Shown: positions 1 through 12,632, counted from the first letter of the stretch. The stretch is DNA of 64,000 bases from Candidatus Saccharimonadia bacterium (GCA_046597065.1 JBKJLI010000003.1:2807-66806), one strand, 5' to 3'. Numbers and translations: made by a program. The notes: generated by a model from the letters alone, not told the origin.

Positions 1-304
1 CAACCGGTGCTTCCCCTACTGGTGCCGGAACCGGTTCTGGTAAAGGCGCCTCAGTTGCAACCGGCTGAGTCTCTAGAGTTTCATTAATCAGCGGCTCAAG
101 CTCGGGAGTGGCAACCGGGGTTACGGGCAATGGGATGGGCGCACCCGATACAATCTGAGCCGCGCCTCCCGGGTCGGTCGATAATAAGTTCATTGAAGGG
201 TTTACCGAAGATTGGTTTTGAACGCCAGAATCCCCACCTAAATCACCAAGATTAGGCGCGGAAACATTTGATCCTACTGCAGCATTGGGGTTGGAAGGAT
301 CCAC
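1..304 (-). CDS. Partial Pro/Glu-rich low-complexity protein (runs off the left edge)
   Basis: Hand translation from GTG at 304 (MDPSNPNAAVGS...PEPVPAPVGEAPV) is open to base 1; purine-rich AAAAGGG lies upstream; absent from the ORF track because it is truncated. Confidence 0.6.
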   Translation of the reverse strand, partial: MDPSNPNAAVGSNVSAPNLGDLGGDSGVQNQSSVNPSMNLLSTDPGGAAQIVSGAPIPLPVTPVATPELEPLINETLETQPVATEAPLPEPVPAPVGEAPV

Positions 305-413
305 AAATACCCTTTTTTATCTGTTGGTTTGCGTCTTTTTATACACTCCGACGTGCTTACAATTTTACCGGTTATGCTTACCTGGCGCAACCCGTTAATT
401 CATTAACTTTTTA

Positions 414-679
414 TTAAACGTTGGCGAAAAGAGTGATTATGTTTTTAGAAACTTTAATAAATCCGGTGTTAATTTCGATATCAACCGTTTCGTAGCCGGT
501 ATTTACCTTTACGATCCCCTTTGGCAGCAGCGAAAAAAAGTTGCTGTGATCAACCAACACATCAAAACTACCGGTTTTGTTAACGCCCGACACGCTAACC
601 GCCGCCCCCTGATAAAAAACTTGGTAGGGCGAAAACACCTTAACGTTTAATTTAGCTTTAACATTGGCGGTGGTTGCCA

Positions 680-680
<1 letters not shown>
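414..680 (-). CDS. atpC: F1 ATPase epsilon-like subunit, N-terminal beta domain only
   Basis: KVFSPYQVFYQG...GSFDVLVDH...GFIKV pattern; last gene of the operon; 88 aa with no C-terminal helices. Confidence 0.8.
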
Positions 681-2938
<2,258 letters not shown>

Positions 2939-2942
<4 letters not shown>

Positions 2943-4363
2943 GCCCGCACCTGCACGGCCGAGGCTGCCAGAAGTTGTTGAACCACTGGGTTGGGATCGG
3001 CGTTTTCGGCGAGTTGGGCCGATTTTTCGGCCGCCTGCTTTTTAAGCATAGGGATATTAAGTGATGCCCGCCCCTCGCCGGCCATTACCGTTGCCAGCAT
3101 TAAGTACTGCGTATTTAGGTCGTATAACTCGCTTGGTGGTTGTTTATAAATATCATATATGGCTTTACCCAATGCCAAATCAGCCTGAGTTTGGGGCGCA
3201 AGCTCTGATCCGAACTGCGAAAACTCTGAGGCCTGGCGAAAATCGGCCAACTTTTTAAACAGCAGCCCAGATAGTATCTTCCACTGGTTGTGCTGCACTC
3301 GGCCACCCACACGCGAAACGCTTAGGCCCACGTTTACAGCTGGTCTAATCCCGCGCCTAAAGCTATTTTGGTCGAATATAATCTGCCCGTCGGTGATACT
3401 CATTACGCTAGTGGGCAAGTAAGCGGTAATGTCATCGTTTGGTGTTAGTACCACTGGTAGCGCCGTTAAGGTGCCACCACTGCTGGCCAGTTTGCCGGCT
3501 CGTTCAAGTAGCGAAGAGTGGGCATAAAACATGTCGCCGGGGTAAGAGTCGCGACCGGGGCTAACTTCGGCCAGTAGGCTAAGTTCGCGATGGGCCTTGG
3601 CGTGATTGCTTAAATCGTCATAAATCATAATGACGTTTTTGCCGTCCCGCCAAAAGTGCTCACCAATTGCGCAGGCCACATACGGCGCCAAAAATGACAG
3701 GCTTAGGGCTTCAAAGGTACTGGCTACCACCATAATGGTGTTTTTCATGGCGCCGGTAGCCCTAAAGCTGGCCACCAGCGTATCAATATCCACCTGCCGC
3801 TTAGCAATTAGTACGTAAACCACAATCTGGCCGGCATTGGTTTGGTAGGTGGTTAGCTGGCGTAAAAAAGTACTTTTACCGGTTTTATTGTCTCCCAATA
3901 TGGCCAAGCGCTGCCCCAATACAAACGGAAACAGCGAATCTACAATCGACACACCAGTAACCAGTTGGTCGCTTAACATGTCGCGCTCAATAATTCCTGG
4001 TGCCGGAGCAAACACATCGTTATAGCCACTGATCGCAACCGGACCCTCCCCATCAAGCGGTTCACCCAGCACATTAATAATTCGCCCAACCAAGCCCTCG
4101 CCTACTCCGGTTTGGTAAACCTGCTGGTCTAAAACCGCCAGCATTCCCAATCGCAACCGGTTGGTTGAAAGTGCTAAGACTTCGACCAGCTGGTCACTAA
4201 CCGCCCGCACTAATCCTTGATCGCCATTTTCAAAACGGACTAGCGAGTTAATGCTCACGCCCTCTAGCCCGCGAACCTTAATTAAAAGTGAGTTGGTGCT
4301 TACAACCTCGCCGCTGGGACGGCCGTCGGCGATTAACTTGCTAAAAGCTTGGTTATCAAACAC
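2939..4363 (-). CDS. atpA: F1 ATPase alpha subunit (divergent, short C-terminus)
   Basis: GQRLAILGDNKTGKS, YDDLSNHA, PGRDSYPGDMFY, SITDGQI, GLSVSRVGG. Confidence 0.95.
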
Positions 4364-4820
4364 GTTCTAGCACCCGCGTAAACCGCACCGGTTCTTTTAG
4401 TAACCTGGTTCGAAACGACCAGTCAAACACCTTGTTGGTGGTACGCATAATCATACCGCCACCAATATCGGGGCTAACTAAAAACTCCACCATCACTTCG
4501 GGGGAGGTGTTCTTTCTGAGCCAGCTAACCAGCTCCCGCTTCATGGTGTGGGGTGCTGTTGCCGCTAAGGTAAGACTAACGCTGGGGGCAGCCGCCAGGT
4601 GATGCTCCATCTCGCTCACCAGCGCATTAACAACATCGGCCCGGCTGCTATCGGCTCCCTTAATTTCTACAAACAGGTCGGTCGACTCAACCGAAAGCTC
4701 TGGTACAACTGCATTTGAACCGCGCTGGCGCTGATCAAGCGCGTCGGCATAGGCCTTTAACTCATCAATGCAAAAGCGCAGGTGATCTGGCGAATAGATG
4801 CTACTTGGAAGCAGTGCCAC
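4356..4820 (-). CDS. atpH: F1 ATPase delta/OSCP-like subunit
   Basis: C-terminal VSPDIGGGMIMRT..KVFDWSFR resembles the OSCP C-terminal domain; directly upstream of alpha. Confidence 0.7.
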   Translation of the reverse strand: MALLPSSIYSPDHLRFCIDELKAYADALDQRQRGSNAVVPELSVESTDLFVEIKGADSSRADVVNALVSEMEHHLAAAPSVSLTLAATAPHTMKRELVSWLRKNTSPEVMVEFLVSPDIGGGMIMRTTNKVFDWSFRTRLLKEPVRFTRVLERV

Positions 4821-5427
4821 TTGTAATCTCTCGCTTTAACTCATCACGATGGCGCTCTAAGTTGGCCAGTAAGTAGCTGCGCTGCGCACCTAAATCGGCA
4901 TCTATACCCAAACTCTCTACAATATAGGCGGCCACGGCGGCACCCAACTTTTTATCAAGCTGGTCCATTAAATACTGCCGACGCTTAACCATTTCGGCGT
5001 CCATATCGCCCTCTAGCTCGGTCTGCTTTTGCTCGACGGTGGATTCCATTTTGCGCAACGCCGCTATGGCCTGTTCGCGAGCATTAGCTAAACTAACCCG
5101 GTAATCTTCAAGCTCACGCTCTACCACATCGGTGGTTAAGTTAACTATCAGTTTGTTTAATTGAGTCGAAGTTGTCGCCAAATCTTGGTGAAAACCTTTG
5201 GCGGCTGCAGCAACGGCTTGGCGGTAGGCCTCTTGAGTGCTAGTTTGCAGGCGCGCCAGTTCGGCTTCGGTAATATGAGGTATTTCTGGCAGCGGCGCCT
5301 GCTGCTGAACAGCCTCGGCCTTATCTTGTTCAACAACTTCAGTTGGCCGCCGGCTAAGCATCAGTGCCAGTAGGATTGCTCCAACGAGCACCCCTCCGAC
5401 TACCAAAATAATTTGAATGGTTGTCAT
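4801..5427 (-). CDS. Subunit b-like protein (single N-terminal TM helix plus long coiled coil)
   Basis: TM helix at residues ~4-25, then a charged helical region; occupies the atpF position. Confidence 0.6.
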   Translation of the reverse strand: MTTIQIILVVGGVLVGAILLALMLSRRPTEVVEQDKAEAVQQQAPLPEIPHITEAELARLQTSTQEAYRQAVAAAAKGFHQDLATTSTQLNKLIVNLTTDVVERELEDYRVSLANAREQAIAALRKMESTVEQKQTELEGDMDAEMVKRRQYLMDQLDKKLGAAVAAYIVESLGIDADLGAQRSYLLANLERHRDELKREITSGTASK

Positions 5428-5433
5428 TTCACC

Positions 5434-6282
5434 CTACCTCGTTAACACCAAAAATGCTGCACTCATGGCCAGCCCTAAAACTAGGATACTTATTGCAATC
5501 ACCTGCCACAGCCCGCGATATATGCTCGACTGCGCCAAGGGATTTCGACCGATTGATACCATCGTACTGCGCACCGCCGAAAACAGCAAAACTCCAACCG
5601 CTATCAAAGAGCCTATCAAAATCACTGCACTCAAAATAATCCGCACCAGCGAAACTTGCTTGCCGGCCAGCTGGTTTGCAAACAGCTGTAAAAACTGCGG
5701 AACATAGGTTTTTTGCACCGGTGCAACGTAGTATGTAACCTGTAAATTGGCGGCCACCGTGCCCAGTTTAGCGGTTTTGGTGCTACCGTCGCTGCTCTTT
5801 ACTTCAACCGTTTTGGAACCATATTTAGCATCAGACTGGGCCGTACCAACCACCTTGCCCGACTCGTTGGCCTTCATCCCAACTCCAGAAATAGGTGAGG
5901 GCGCAATGATATCGCCGGCCTTAACCTCACCATTTAGGTCGCTTACAAAAGCCTCGGCCTGACCGCTGGTTGAAACCTGAAAAAGATCACCAGGGCTGCT
6001 AACTGCTAGGTTTGCTTCGGTAGTACCAACCACTACACCAATTAGTCCGGCCGAGTTACTGGTGTCAGCCAAAATTGCTTTGCCCTTTTCGCCATCTTTT
6101 AAAGCCACCAAGCTACCCGCCGAAAGCGTAGTGTCTGATCGGTAGCCCTGGCTAATAGCCGCCGCTGTTACACTTGGCGACAGTGCAAGCACCAGCACAA
6201 GTAGAGCTAGGCTATTAGCCAGCCTGCGGCCAATACCTTGAGTCATAGTTACCTTCATCTGTTTGTGCGAAATAAGCCTCAC
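5434..6282 (-). CDS. Exported-domain protein ending in a subunit-c-like TM hairpin (RNP loop) without the ion-binding Asp/Glu
   Basis: Signal-peptide-like LALLVLVLALSPSVTAA; soluble beta-rich domain; TM-SIGRNPLA-TM; occupies the atpE position; true start may be downstream (about 6246-6258). Confidence 0.65.
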   Translation of the reverse strand: MRLISHKQMKVTMTQGIGRRLANSLALLVLVLALSPSVTAAAISQGYRSDTTLSAGSLVALKDGEKGKAILADTSNSAGLIGVVVGTTEANLAVSSPGDLFQVSTSGQAEAFVSDLNGEVKAGDIIAPSPISGVGMKANESGKVVGTAQSDAKYGSKTVEVKSSDGSTKTAKLGTVAANLQVTYYVAPVQKTYVPQFLQLFANQLAGKQVSLVRIILSAVILIGSLIAVGVLLFSAVRSTMVSIGRNPLAQSSIYRGLWQVIAISILVLGLAMSAAFLVLTR

Positions 6283-6343
6283 CTCAAGGTGCGCACTCCT
6301 ATAGTTCTTACGCTAAATTATAACAGCTATATAACGGGAGTGA

Positions 6344-7378
6344 CTAGTCTTTAGTTATAGATTTGGCCGTAGTGGTTGCTAGCGGCCGTTTTTGTCGCCT
6401 GGCCACCTTACGCATATCATCAAAGCGATCAAACTCGTCTGCAATCTCGCGATCAATAATCTCTTCGAGAACGTCCTCAATCGTGACAATCCCCTGAACC
6501 TCGGTAAACTCATCTATCACCACAAATAGGTGATTGCGGGTTTTTAAGAAAGCATTCAAGGTTTCATCCAAATTGTCCTCTAAATTAACAAAGTAAACCT
6601 TAGAACGCGCTAACTGCCCGGCGGTTTTACGCTCAACATTCTGCCCCACCAAATCCTTCATAAACAGCATGCCGGCAATATCGCGCTCGGCGGCATCGCG
6701 ATGAACGGGAATCCTTGAAAACCCAGTCTTTTTTAAGTTGGCCAAAGTAGCCTTATCTAGCCTTTGATCGGCCGAAATTAAGGTGGCCACACTGCGCGGC
6801 GTCATCACCTCTTTAATTTTGCGATCACCAAAGCTAAGCGCTCCACGGGCAATCCGCACCTCGTCTTGATCAATCTCGCTTTCGGCATGAAAACGGTGCT
6901 CCTCGATAATCTTGGTCAGCTCGCGTTTAGAATATACCGTAGGAAGTTCGTCGCCCAGCATGCGATCGAGCATCCACGCAATTGGTGCGCAAACTGGATA
7001 AAAAATCCACATTATTACTTGCACAACATCGGTAAAGCGAGCGCCAATTTGCAGGGCGTAGCGAGCAATAATCGCCTGGGGCAAAATCTCACCAAAAACC
7101 GTAATCAAAGCTGTAGTTAAAATGCCGGCAATAATGCCGTGATAAACCGAGTCCAACACAATTGACAGTGTCGAGATAACTGCCACATTACCGGTTAGTA
7201 AAGTTACCAAAAGTAGGTTGCCGCGAGAACGAATTTGAAACACCTTTTTGGCATTTGCGTCGCCAAGTGCTGCCTTACGCCTAAGTTCAAAGGTGTCTAG
7301 ACTCATTAAGCCCAAATTTAAGCCCGAAAACAACGCCGCCAAAGCGATAAGTGCAATCGAAATAAGCACTAAAAACAT
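6344..7378 (-). CDS. CNNM/DUF21 plus CBS-pair protein (CorC/TlyC-like Mg/Co homeostasis)
   Basis: FSGLNLGLMSL, FGEILPQA, VMTPR, GFSRIPV, GIVTIEDVLEEI. Confidence 0.9.
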   Translation of the reverse strand: MFLVLISIALIALAALFSGLNLGLMSLDTFELRRKAALGDANAKKVFQIRSRGNLLLVTLLTGNVAVISTLSIVLDSVYHGIIAGILTTALITVFGEILPQAIIARYALQIGARFTDVVQVIMWIFYPVCAPIAWMLDRMLGDELPTVYSKRELTKIIEEHRFHAESEIDQDEVRIARGALSFGDRKIKEVMTPRSVATLISADQRLDKATLANLKKTGFSRIPVHRDAAERDIAGMLFMKDLVGQNVERKTAGQLARSKVYFVNLEDNLDETLNAFLKTRNHLFVVIDEFTEVQGIVTIEDVLEEIIDREIADEFDRFDDMRKVARRQKRPLATTTAKSITKD

Positions 7379-7401
7379 AGCGCTATTGTATCAGGCCGTC
7401 A

Positions 7402-8133
7402 TTAGCCAAGTGCTCGCGAAACCGCGTAAACACTTGCCGCACCTACAACCGTTAAACCAAAAATTGGCCACGACCAACGTTCACGATGAGCCTCTGGCAA
7501 CACGCTGCTGGTACCGATATAAAGCAGAAATCCGCCCAGCAAACCAATCGCAATTGCCAGTTCTGACTGATTAAAGTTAACCAAAGTTCCAACTAGCGCA
7601 CCAACTACCGGAGCGATTGCGCCGGCCAGAAGCATGACAATTGTACGCCGTGTTTGATTGCCATGTGCCAGCATAAGGCTGACCGTATTTAAACCATCCG
7701 AAAAATCGTGCGCCACTACTGCCAGAGCCACCGCCAACCCCACCGCCGCGCTGGCCTGAAAACCAACACCGATGGCCACACCATCTAAAAACGAGTGCGC
7801 AATTAGCCCAGTCGCCGCTGCCACGCCTACTATTGGCACAGGGTGGTGGTGGTCATCTTCGGCCTCATGGGCGTGATGGGCCGAGACCGATTTTTCGAAA
7901 GCATGAAACACTAAAAAGCCGGCCAGTAATGCAACCATTGGAGCGGTTAAGGTTTGGCCACTCTCACCGGTAATGCTCACTAATTCCGGAATAATATCAA
8001 ACGCCACTACCCCAAGTACTACCCCAGCCGTTAGCCCCAAAATCTGTCGCAAATACCTACGGTAACGCAGGGCAAACAGGCCTCCGGCGAGGGTTGAAAT
8101 AAAGGCCAGCAAACCGGCAATAACGGCGTTCAT
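7402..8133 (-). CDS. ZIP-family metal (Zn/Fe) transporter
   Basis: HSFLDG and HDFSDG motifs, His-rich loop, LPEAH. Confidence 0.9.
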   Translation of the reverse strand: MNAVIAGLLAFISTLAGGLFALRYRRYLRQILGLTAGVVLGVVAFDIIPELVSITGESGQTLTAPMVALLAGFLVFHAFEKSVSAHHAHEAEDDHHHPVPIVGVAAATGLIAHSFLDGVAIGVGFQASAAVGLAVALAVVAHDFSDGLNTVSLMLAHGNQTRRTIVMLLAGAIAPVVGALVGTLVNFNQSELAIAIGLLGGFLLYIGTSSVLPEAHRERWSWPIFGLTVVGAASVYAVSRALG

Positions 8134-8184
8134 AATCTGTTATTTATACGCCCGATTTACTTTTGCTGCAACCGTGGCGTTAAG

Positions 8185-8742
8185 TTAAGGCAGATCAATC
8201 TGCGTATGTTGATCAACCCCTCTTAAGGTATCTAAAAAGACAAAGCTAAACCGTTTTTCGTTTGCAGGCACCAAGTAGCTCAGCTGCCCCGAAACCGTCT
8301 GTCCGCTTTTAATCGGTCCGGCGTTTATTGGGTTAGGAATTTCCGCTGGCGACATTTGAAATATCTTGCCACTAGATCCTTGAACAAAAGTTTGATTAAC
8401 CGGTGCGAAGTCATAGGTATATCTTGAATGGTTAACCAGCTCTAAATCTACCACCAAAAACTTATAACCATCTGGTGGGGCCAACGGCCCATGACCGGTA
8501 GTTAGTTCGGTAGAATTTTTGATGAGCCAATCTATCGGTGCCGGCTGCACCGAAACCGTTGCCGCCGGTGCTTGAACCCTTCCACCTGCCAGTCTTAGTG
8601 CCAACAAGCCAACCATCGCACCCGAAATTAGCCATAAAACTACTAGCGTCCAACTAACCCCTTTATGAATATGGCGATGACTGCGCGGGCTTCGTGCCCC
8701 AACCTTTTTGATTTTGTGCTGTGGCTCTTTAGGGTGTTTCAT
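8185..8742 (-). CDS. Membrane-anchored Ig-like (DUF4352-like) protein
   Basis: One TM helix, then PPDGYKFLVVDLELVN...GPIKSGQTVSGQLSYLVP. Confidence 0.65.
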   Translation of the reverse strand: MKHPKEPQHKIKKVGARSPRSHRHIHKGVSWTLVVLWLISGAMVGLLALRLAGGRVQAPAATVSVQPAPIDWLIKNSTELTTGHGPLAPPDGYKFLVVDLELVNHSRYTYDFAPVNQTFVQGSSGKIFQMSPAEIPNPINAGPIKSGQTVSGQLSYLVPANEKRFSFVFLDTLRGVDQHTQIDLP

Positions 8743-9377
8743 TAGTTTGCCGGCCCTATGTAATAACTGTTCAAAATACTATAGGCGGCTGAGCTATGAG
8801 CGTGCTGCTGGCCGCCAGTAGCCGCCGAGCCGTTAAGGTAGCTTGTAATGTTATGGCCACAAGATGCGCTGTTAAACACGCTTTGACCACCCGGGTGACT
8901 GCCCCCAGTAACATAACTACTAATGTTGTAGTACTTAGATGAATAAATCACCCAGCAGTTTGATTGGGTATTGTGCGTGGCAATTTGGGCGGCCGAACAA
9001 GTGCCGCCGGCCTGGCCGCAGCTTGGCGCCGGCGGTGGAGGGGGTGGCGAAGTTGGGGGTGGTGTTGGCGAAGGTGTTGGAGTCGGCGCTGGTGCCGGTG
9101 AGGGGCTAGTTTTTGTGCCGGAGCTTGGGCTAGTGCCTGGAGGCGTAGTTGGGCTTGGTGTCGGCGCTGGTGCACTAGAGCCTCCGCCGCCGGTTGATCC
9201 CCCAGCTGAACTACCATCGCCAGTTGTAACGCCGTTGACTGGGGTGTTCGCAACCCCCACCGCCCCGAGCAGAGGGCCATTTGCACCTTTGGGCGCTAAC
9301 GCACCAGCGACAATTACCGTTAACATGCTACCGGTAAAACTTATTAAACAAATTGCGACTAGGGTTTTTAACTTCAT
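8742..9377 (-). CDS. Exported cytochrome b5-like heme protein with Gly/Pro/Thr-rich stalk
   Basis: HNTQSNCWVI..YNISSY..HPGG..CGHNIT..HSSAAYSILNSYYIG b5 signature; N-terminal hydrophobic anchor. Confidence 0.85.
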   Translation of the reverse strand: MKLKTLVAICLISFTGSMLTVIVAGALAPKGANGPLLGAVGVANTPVNGVTTGDGSSAGGSTGGGGSSAPAPTPSPTTPPGTSPSSGTKTSPSPAPAPTPTPSPTPPPTSPPPPPPAPSCGQAGGTCSAAQIATHNTQSNCWVIYSSKYYNISSYVTGGSHPGGQSVFNSASCGHNITSYLNGSAATGGQQHAHSSAAYSILNSYYIGPAN

Positions 9378-10690
9378 GACATTGCAAACTCTTCTGAATG
9401 AATTTTACTCTTTTTTATTCCCATTTTGGAAATTTGACCCTTCATGGCGGCCATCATTGGTGGCGGTCCGCACAATAATACTTCGGCATTGCTAATGTCA
9501 CCTGAATGCTCGCTAATCTTGGCAGCGTCTAAAAAGCCCACCTCGTCTGCGATGATTGGAATAACTCTCAGCGCACCATTGCTTTTAGTTACCAAACCAG
9601 ATAAGTAGTCCCAATCAATTAATTCAGCCTGGCTCTTTACACTATAGTAAAGGTCGACCTTATAATCACTGCCGACATCGCTAGCCATGCTTAAAAATGG
9701 AGTAATGCCAATGCCTCCGGCAATCCATATTTGGCGCTTTGAATGAAAGTTTTTAAAAGAAAAACGACCGTAAGCGCCCTCTATCATCACCTCTTGCCCA
9801 GCAAGATTGTTGGCAATCGAAACCAGCGTTTTGGTGTAGCTCCCCAGGCTTTTGACGGTTATGGCTAAGCCTTCGGCGTTACTATTTGAAGAGATCGAAA
9901 ACGGATGCCACTCATGCGATAAACCCTCTGAACGGAAGCTTACAAACACAAACTGACCAGCCTTAAAATCAATACGCCGACCTTTAGGTACCATCGTTAA
10001 TGTCACCACTCCCTTGGTTGGTTCGGCCACGTTGGCTACCTCGTAGTTATAGTGGCGTACAAAAAACCGCGGCAATAGTGTGCGGTAAACAAAGGCTGCG
10101 GCTGCAAGAGCCAACATGGCATACAAATATAGTCTTAGCGAAGGATTTGAGTTGGTGTCACTAGAAACCAATGCGATATGAAGCACCATTAACAACAAAA
10201 CCACCCCAAGAAACTTGTGGGTAATTAACCAGATACGATAGGGTAGCGAAATATAGAAAGTCACCACCATTAGGCCAATAAAAATCCAAAGTGCCAGGAT
10301 GCCAAGCGTAGTGGCAAAGTTGGCTACAAAGGGAATCAATAAATCCGAACCAGCACGAAGTGAGGTTGGAGTTAAGCGTAAAGCCAAGGTTATGGGGTGC
10401 ATTAGCAATACACATAAAGCTAACCCACCCAACAAGTGGTGAGCAATATACACCTTATTTAACCCACCAAACAAGTCCTCAAAAACCGGTATACGCGTGG
10501 CCAAAATCATGTTTTGACAAAACAGTACTGCTGCCACAATCCCTGATAATCGCCCAATACTCCCAAGAGCTAAAACAAGATTGCCAAAGCGCTCGCTCAA
10601 CGGGTACATAGTCGCCCACATCACAATTGGAATAAAGGCTGATAAAAATACCAACGGCCAGCCCAACCGCCAACTTCGAACTAAATTCAT
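9374..10690 (-). CDS. Ferric-reductase/NOX-like flavocytochrome (TM heme domain plus FAD- and NAD-binding domains)
   Basis: TM His pairs (AHHLLG..LMH, THKFLG..VLH), FKAGQF, HPFSISS, EGAYG, AGGIGITPF, CGPPPMM, SEEF. Confidence 0.9.
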   Translation of the reverse strand: MNLVRSWRLGWPLVFLSAFIPIVMWATMYPLSERFGNLVLALGSIGRLSGIVAAVLFCQNMILATRIPVFEDLFGGLNKVYIAHHLLGGLALCVLLMHPITLALRLTPTSLRAGSDLLIPFVANFATTLGILALWIFIGLMVVTFYISLPYRIWLITHKFLGVVLLLMVLHIALVSSDTNSNPSLRLYLYAMLALAAAAFVYRTLLPRFFVRHYNYEVANVAEPTKGVVTLTMVPKGRRIDFKAGQFVFVSFRSEGLSHEWHPFSISSNSNAEGLAITVKSLGSYTKTLVSIANNLAGQEVMIEGAYGRFSFKNFHSKRQIWIAGGIGITPFLSMASDVGSDYKVDLYYSVKSQAELIDWDYLSGLVTKSNGALRVIPIIADEVGFLDAAKISEHSGDISNAEVLLCGPPPMMAAMKGQISKMGIKKSKIHSEEFAMS

Positions 10691-10787
10691 ATACCTATTC
10701 TAGCCACTGCCCCAACCATAAGCAATTCACTGTTTTATCTGATTAATTAGCCTTTGGGCCAGCCAATTCTCAGTTAAAAATGCTATT

Positions 10788-11222
10788 ATGGTGGTTATGC
10801 AACCAGCAGTTCTGCAAGTATACAGCCGCTATATCGCCTTCGCCCAGGCCTCTATTGCCACCGTTGGCAGCCTATTTTTGAGCGAAATCCTTCACCTGCC
10901 GCCCTGCGTTCTGTGTTGGTACCAACGCATCGCTATGTACCCACTAGTCATCATTATGGCTGTTGGTATTTTGCGACGAGACCAAAAAATATACCAATAT
11001 GCTCTGCCGCTTGCTACCATCGGTTGGGTAATCAGCTTTTACCACAGCCTGCTGCAGTGGCACATTATCCCCGACAAGTTGGCGCCCTGCGTTCAGGGAA
11101 TCTCCTGCACCACTGTTCAAGTGCACCTACTCGGGTTCATTACAATTCCGTTTATGGGGCTAACCGCCTTTAGTATTATTATTGCAGCCCTAATAGTTGA
11201 GTGGAGGAGTAGTTCTAAATGA
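10788..11222 (+). CDS. bdbC: Disulfide bond formation protein (DsbB/BdbC type)
   Basis: PCVLCWYQRIAMYP and a second Cys pair; 4 TM helices. Confidence 0.9.
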   Translation: MVVMQPAVLQVYSRYIAFAQASIATVGSLFLSEILHLPPCVLCWYQRIAMYPLVIIMAVGILRRDQKIYQYALPLATIGWVISFYHSLLQWHIIPDKLAPCVQGISCTTVQVHLLGFITIPFMGLTAFSIIIAALIVEWRSSSK

Positions 11223-11851
11223 GTCGCGAAGCCAAAATTTTAATTGCCATTCTAGTAGTAATTGTAGGAGGCATGATTGCCTTATTCTCGCTTGGCGGCG
11301 GATCTAGCACTCCTACCACCAGCGTTGATCAGTCCAAACTAGTTAAGGCCGATAGCCACAAACAGGGCAGTGGCCCCGTTACATTAGTAGAGTTTGGTGA
11401 CTACCAGTGCCCCAGTTGCGGCGTCGCCTTCCCTACCATTCAGAAGCTGCAAACCGAGTACGATGGCAAAATAACCTTTGTGTTCCGTCACTTCCCCCTT
11501 ACTACAATCCACAAAAATGCCATGATTGGAGCCGAAGCGGCCGAGTCTGCTGGTAGCCAGGGCAAATATTTTGAGATGCATGACAAGTTGTATTCCAACC
11601 AGGCTAAGTGGAGCGAGTTACCCGACCCCACCGATACGCTAGTTAGCTACGCGGCTGAAATAGGCTTAGACATAGACAAGTTCAAAAAAGATCTAAGCGA
11701 GAAAACTCATAAAAGCCGCATTGAAGCCGACCAGGCCGATGGTAATAGCCTGCAAATTCAGGGCACACCCACTATTTACATAAATGGCGAGCAACAAACC
11801 GCCTTCGATTACGCTACGCTTAAAGCCGCTGTCGACAAAGCCCTTAAGTAG
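11219..11851 (+). CDS. bdbD: Thiol-disulfide oxidoreductase (DsbA/BdbD type)
   Basis: EFGDYQCPSC, FRHFPL, GTPT. Confidence 0.9.
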   Translation: MSREAKILIAILVVIVGGMIALFSLGGGSSTPTTSVDQSKLVKADSHKQGSGPVTLVEFGDYQCPSCGVAFPTIQKLQTEYDGKITFVFRHFPLTTIHKNAMIGAEAAESAGSQGKYFEMHDKLYSNQAKWSELPDPTDTLVSYAAEIGLDIDKFKKDLSEKTHKSRIEADQADGNSLQIQGTPTIYINGEQQTAFDYATLKAAVDKALK

Positions 11852-12632
11852 AAATTTCCAATTTAGATAGGGGCAACTTTAATTCAAAAGTTGTTTTGCC
11901 CTTTTGACTATAATCAAGTTTTATTTCTCCAGAGAAATCATTTTCAATATAGTTTTTTGCCATTGTTAATCCTATGCCAATTCCGCAACCCTGTTTTCTA
12001 GCTGAACAAAATGGCTCAAATATGGTTTTGCGCGAACTTATTGGAACTCCTCCAGCGCTATCGGTTATTTTGATAAAAAGATGTTGGTCCTTAGTTTCAG
12101 TTGCGACCATAACAACCCTTGGCTTAGTGCCGCTAGCTGGGTATGCGTCAATTGCATTGGCGATCAAGTTTGCTACTACTTTGTTAAACTTAACCGGATC
12201 TCCGAAAAGTCTTACACCGTCACCATTACTCTGGATTACAACACCACTATGCCGTGCCTTATACCCGAGTACTTCTACGACTCGCTTAATCTCTTGTTCG
12301 ACTTCAAAAAACTGTTGGTCACTTTTACCTTGAAGTTGAATCCTTAAGGCTCCAACGTATCTTTCGATGCACTTTAATGACATTTTGGCTTCTGTTAATT
12401 CGGCGCTCTTCACCTTATCTTCCAAACTCTCGATATTTGCCGATAAGGCCACCAATGGATTAGCAATATCATGGACTAGGCCCGAAGTTAATCGGCCAAA
12501 CTCAGCATAAATGTGAATCTCTTTATCTACGATCAAATAGGCTTTAAGCAAGGGATCTACCTTTATATAGATTAACCAAGCCGTCAGCGTGATAAATATC
12601 AGAGTTACTCCAAATGTGATGACATCGAACAT
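11844..12632 (-). CDS. Sensor histidine kinase (one TM helix, almost no sensor domain)
   Basis: H-box LVHDIANPL, N-box NLIANAIDA, DSAGG, IFEPF, GIGIGL. Confidence 0.85.
   Translation of the reverse strand: MFDVITFGVTLIFITLTAWLIYIKVDPLLKAYLIVDKEIHIYAEFGRLTSGLVHDIANPLVALSANIESLEDKVKSAELTEAKMSLKCIERYVGALRIQLQGKSDQQFFEVEQEIKRVVEVLGYKARHSGVVIQSNGDGVRLFGDPVKFNKVVANLIANAIDAYPASGTKPRVVMVATETKDQHLFIKITDSAGGVPISSRKTIFEPFCSARKQGCGIGIGLTMAKNYIENDFSGEIKLDYSQKGKTTFELKLPLSKLEIST

Noticed and set aside
8948-9495. Gly-rich + strand 174-aa ORF and alternative-frame 112-aa ORF
   Set aside because: These are shadows of the Pro-rich linker in the cytochrome b5 gene.
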